A stretch of 64,000 nucleotides of DNA. Source: Tricharina praecox (taxonomy: Eukaryota). The notes under the pieces are model-generated. The model worked only from the letters and a program-made list of their open reading frames with translations, was not told the DNA's origin and searched no databases. Of the stretch, positions 60,332 through 64,000 are shown one piece after another; within the stretch, counting starts at the first letter, position 1; each line of letters opens with the position of its first letter. The DNA is taken from the NCBI RefSeq assembly GCF_024521635.1, contig NW_026250413.1:1054001-1118000 (forward strand), written 5' to 3'. Both the position numbers and the translations under genes were made by a program.

Positions 60332-60937
60332 GGTGGCGATGGGGAGGGTGCGGTTGAAGGTGAAAAGACGGGGACGGCGGTGGTTGTGTGGTGCTGTGGG
60401 TGTGGGTGTGGGTGTGGGTGTTGTGCGTGAGGTGGAGCAGAAAGGAGGAGCGGAGGCTTATGAAGGAGAGTTTGATTTTGGTTGGGGCGACGGGATGTCG
60501 TAAAGGACAGGTGGTGGGTTGTGTGGCTGGGTACATAACTGTTTACTAGCTTAGCTAGTGGTGGCACGAAGTAAGTAACAAAAGGATTCTTCTGGAAGCA
60601 AAGCAAAAGAAAGTGGCTAACTAGCGGAAACGGGGAACGGTCAGATCCGACACGGAGATAGCGAGCCATCCGGAACTTGGAGCGTCTTATCGATTGATCT
60701 TCTTTGTGTGTGCGCAACTCTGTCTGTTCGCACGGACGGTGATGTGATGGTGCGGGCCAGTTGGGGGAACGTGTGGCACTGTGGCTGATGAACACTCACC
60801 GGCAAAGAAAACGAGAGATTCATCATAGACAGCTGGCATCTGCAGCTTATCCACCGACATAAGAAGGGGAGAGATTCGAGAGTTTACTCGACACCATATA
60901 TTTCAATTGTCTCGGAAAGCAGATCTCGCCAGACAAC

Positions 60938-62623
60938 ATGTCCGATCCACCGCTCCTCACGCTCCCGAACGAACTCTTCCTCCACATCTTCAGCTATTTT
61001 AGCCCCGTAGACCTAGCTCCCATCTGCCTCGTGAACCGGCGACTCAACACGCTCACCACCCCGCAGCTGTACGCCTCGCACATCGCCGACCCAAACATCT
61101 TCTGCTCACTCCCGATCGCAACCAAAGTCCCGGCACGGCACACCGCACTCGTCAAGCACCTACACGTCTGGGGCCAGCACCCAACCTCCAGCACAGCGGC
61201 ATTCTCGCAATGCGGGCACATCACCTCGATCCACTGGGACCTCGGGCCGGACCTGACTGACGCGCGGCACTTCAGCACCTCGCACCTGTCCTCGGCGTTC
61301 ATGAGCCGGATCAGCACTTTGACCCTCGAGCTCACCACCTCCTTCCGCGGGATGATCCGGCGGACCTCGGGGGCGACCCGCACCTTCGCCTGGTTCGCGC
61401 AGTGCTTTGCGCGGTGCAGCCGGCTGCGCAAGCTAGTGCTCACGCCGACCTGGTACGAGCTGCCGCCGGTGGAGTTTATCCCGTACAGTGGGGGGCCCGT
61501 AGCGCGCGAGCAGGAGCTCATCGACGAGGTTGACGGGCTATTCGGCGCGACGCTCGAGCACCTAGTGTTCCGGTGGTGTCCGCCGCTGCGCTACGCGGCG
61601 CCGAACATGCTGCTGGACAGCCGGCTGAACGCCCCGGAGGCGGAGTCGTTCCCCGCGCTGCGCTTCCTCGAGGTCCCGTTCTCGTCCGGACTGTCCCCCG
61701 CGAGGAAACAGGATCCTGAGATCTTGCCGTCGTCGAAAATCCTCTTCCACGCGTACCAGATCTCGCTCCTCCGTCCGAACCTGAAGATCCTCTCCCACGC
61801 CACAGCACCAAACGACCAGCCAACACACTTCACCCCACCCCTCGCCGACCTCCTGCACCTCCCCGCACACGACCTCGCCGCCTACCATGCCTGGCTCCTC
61901 AGCACCTTCCCGCACTGGCGCGGCTCCTACCTCTACCCGGAATTCCACCCGGCAGCCCTCACCCCCTCCCTCTGCACCGCGCTCCAAACCCTGACCTTCT
62001 CCGGGCTCGCGCACGGACTAACGCACTACATCCCGCACCGCCTGATCGGCCCACCACACGCCCTCAGCTTCGGCGCAAGCTTTTCCGCGCTGATCACCGC
62101 GTCCGGTGCGGAACTGCGCTCGCTCACGCTCGAGACCCCGCCCGCAACCGATGGTGCTGCGCGCTGGGTGCGCGTGCACCTGCCGCTGCTGGAAGCGCTA
62201 CGCGCGCTCACCGTCGTGTCGCATGGCGCGCCGGACGCGGAGACGGCGGGGATGCTGGCTGCGGTTAGGGAATTCTTGGGGCCGCTGCGGGTTAAAGAGT
62301 TGCGGCTGCATGTAAATGTTGAGGCCGAGGTGCTGGCGGAGGTACTGCGGGGTGTGCAGTTGGAGTGTTTGGAGGTTGTGGGGTTAGCGTTTAGGAATTG
62401 CGGGAGTCTATGCGGGTTTTGTGCGGTGCTGGAGGGGATGCCGGGGCTGCGGGAGGTTAGGATTGGCGGGTGGAGGGGAGGGATCAAGGGGTTGGTGGGG
62501 GAGGGGTGGGATGAGACACGGGATGTGGCGAGGAGCATGATTGGCGATGCCGTGCTGCAGGCTGTGCCGAGCGGGTGTAAAGTGTCGATTGATTTTCCAA
62601 GGCGGTATGGTGGTGGTAACTAG
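60938..62623 (+). CDS. F-box protein with LRR-like C-terminal region (561 aa)
   Basis: N-terminal LLTLPNELFLHIFSYF..DLAPICLVNRRLNTLTTPQLY F-box, then LxxLxL-type segments (LRKLVL, LEHLVF, LRSLTL, LREVRI). Confidence 0.85.
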   Translation: MSDPPLLTLPNELFLHIFSYFSPVDLAPICLVNRRLNTLTTPQLYASHIADPNIFCSLPIATKVPARHTALVKHLHVWGQHPTSSTAAFSQCGHITSIHWDLGPDLTDARHFSTSHLSSAFMSRISTLTLELTTSFRGMIRRTSGATRTFAWFAQCFARCSRLRKLVLTPTWYELPPVEFIPYSGGPVAREQELIDEVDGLFGATLEHLVFRWCPPLRYAAPNMLLDSRLNAPEAESFPALRFLEVPFSSGLSPARKQDPEILPSSKILFHAYQISLLRPNLKILSHATAPNDQPTHFTPPLADLLHLPAHDLAAYHAWLLSTFPHWRGSYLYPEFHPAALTPSLCTALQTLTFSGLAHGLTHYIPHRLIGPPHALSFGASFSALITASGAELRSLTLETPPATDGAARWVRVHLPLLEALRALTVVSHGAPDAETAGMLAAVREFLGPLRVKELRLHVNVEAEVLAEVLRGVQLECLEVVGLAFRNCGSLCGFCAVLEGMPGLREVRIGGWRGGIKGLVGEGWDETRDVARSMIGDAVLQAVPSGCKVSIDFPRRYGGGN

Positions 62624-62770
62624 TGGTGGTAGTCATGGCCTCATACTCGGCAGCCAACACCATTCAGATTTCATACATTATCATCCGAAAGAAAAGGTAT
62701 CTACAAAGTAAACAAGAACTCCAGCCATATAACCCACGACATCGCACATAACACATTCCACATAACGCAA

Positions 62771-64000
62771 TCAGCTGCCATCCCACTCGACGCCGACGCC
62801 GACGGCCCACTCGCCCTCGACGCCCGCCCCCCAGTCCGCCACCTCCTCGTCCTCCAAGAACCGCAGCACCTCCTCCTCACTGACGATCCCCGCCTCGCCA
62901 TCCCGCTCGAGTCTAAACACCTCACGCGCCACTCCCTTGACCTGTTCCAGCACCTCTGTCGCACCGCCCCACACACACCCCAGCGTTTTCAACGCCCCAA
63001 CGCCGAGTCGTATGCGCTCCTTTGCCAGGAATCCTTCATCGCCGCTCAATAGCCAGGAGCATGCCGAGAGGTGCACGATGCAGGCAAGGGTTACGATGCA
63101 AGTCAGGAAGGGTGTGTGTTTTATTAGTGGCGTGGGAAGGGTAACCAGCTTTGCGATCGTGTTGGCGCTGGCGATGGTGCGTGCCGTGTGCAACGCCATG
63201 GGCTTGGTCGAGGGTGTCCATGAGGGCTGCGGCGTCACGCTGGTGTCGTCGGGGATCAATGGGAAGGCAAGGTGTGATTTTGGCCGGTTGAGGTAGATTA
63301 TTGCGCTTGACAAGTGTCAGTGAGGAAGATGGATATGGGGTAAGCGGGACATACGCATTTATAACCATGTGCGCCTGAAACAACATCTCATCCACCCTTC
63401 TCTCACGGCCTTTGACGAGCTCTTTCTTGACCTCTGGCAGATGCAAGCCCCAATTGACCAAACTGGCATCGGCGGCATCAGCGCGCGTTTCATCCGGTGT
63501 GCCCATCATGCTAACACTCAGCACCTGTCCCAGGATCCTGACAGCCTCGACACGGTACGCAAAGCTGCTAAACACCGTATTCTCGGTAGCAAAGTATCGG
63601 TCGTCGAATTCCTGCAGCGAGTGCGGTTCCGGTATCCGTCCTGCCGCATAGTCCAGCTCTTCGCACGGGAGCGGGACAGTACACTCCACGCTCCAGAGTT
63701 TGAAGTTATCTCTCTGGTGCACACCGGCCATGAGGCCGTCGACGAAATAGAGCTCCCACCAGGTGCGCCGCCACGATTCTTCCAGCACCCGTCCCGGATC
63801 CCCACCGCCTACACCCCCGCCGGTCCCGTCGGAAAACTCCTTCTGGTTCATGCCGAGCTCGAGGGCTAGCTCGACGGCGAAATCCTTCACCTGTGCGGCA
63901 CGTGCATGGTCACCTTCGCTGTGCAGGCCGATGGTGAACAGCAGTAGTGCTTGGACGGTGAAGGCGTCCTTCGCAGGAGGATGGGCGCTGCCAAACAATG
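62771..64000 (-). CDS. Fungal-specific transcription factor domain protein (Zn2Cys6-type family), 3' part only
   Basis: VQALLL...AVELALELGMN, EESWRRTWWELYFVDG, LPCEE, DEMLFQAHM, intron at ~63353-63308, then HTPFLTC and ERIRLGVGALK. The 5' end lies beyond the window. Confidence 0.88.

Overview
Eukaryotic genomic DNA from a filamentous ascomycete. Short GT-AG introns with CTAAC/CTGAC branch sites, a dispersed 5S rRNA gene and Pezizomycotina-type genes support this; a Pezizomycetes-like origin is only an inference. All gene models were read by eye, with no database searches. Recognisable genes: YME2 and LIN1/CD2BP2 (divergent pair), thymidylate synthase, a DHA2-type MFS transporter, a CBM1 protein, a GH27 alpha-galactosidase, a WW-domain Gly/Gln-rich protein, PHO88/SND3, an F-box protein and the 3' part of a fungal-specific transcription factor. 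The most striking structure is a ~7 kb array (4589-11493) of five small, highly diverged paralogous genes, mostly hidden from the ORF track by introns. Each encodes one N-terminal Myb/SANT-like three-helix domain plus a basic/acidic low-complexity tail, and the array lies between the 5S gene and YME2. The 16-30 kb region is accessory and TE-rich. It holds a decayed MULE transposase, a caspase-like (clan CD) peptidase, a young non-autonomous MULE with ~250 bp TIRs and a TSD, a 67 bp retroposed insertion with a 16 bp TSD, a near-perfect 68 nt hairpin, and an RS-rich repeat gene in which the same repeat unit is exon in some copies and intron in others.
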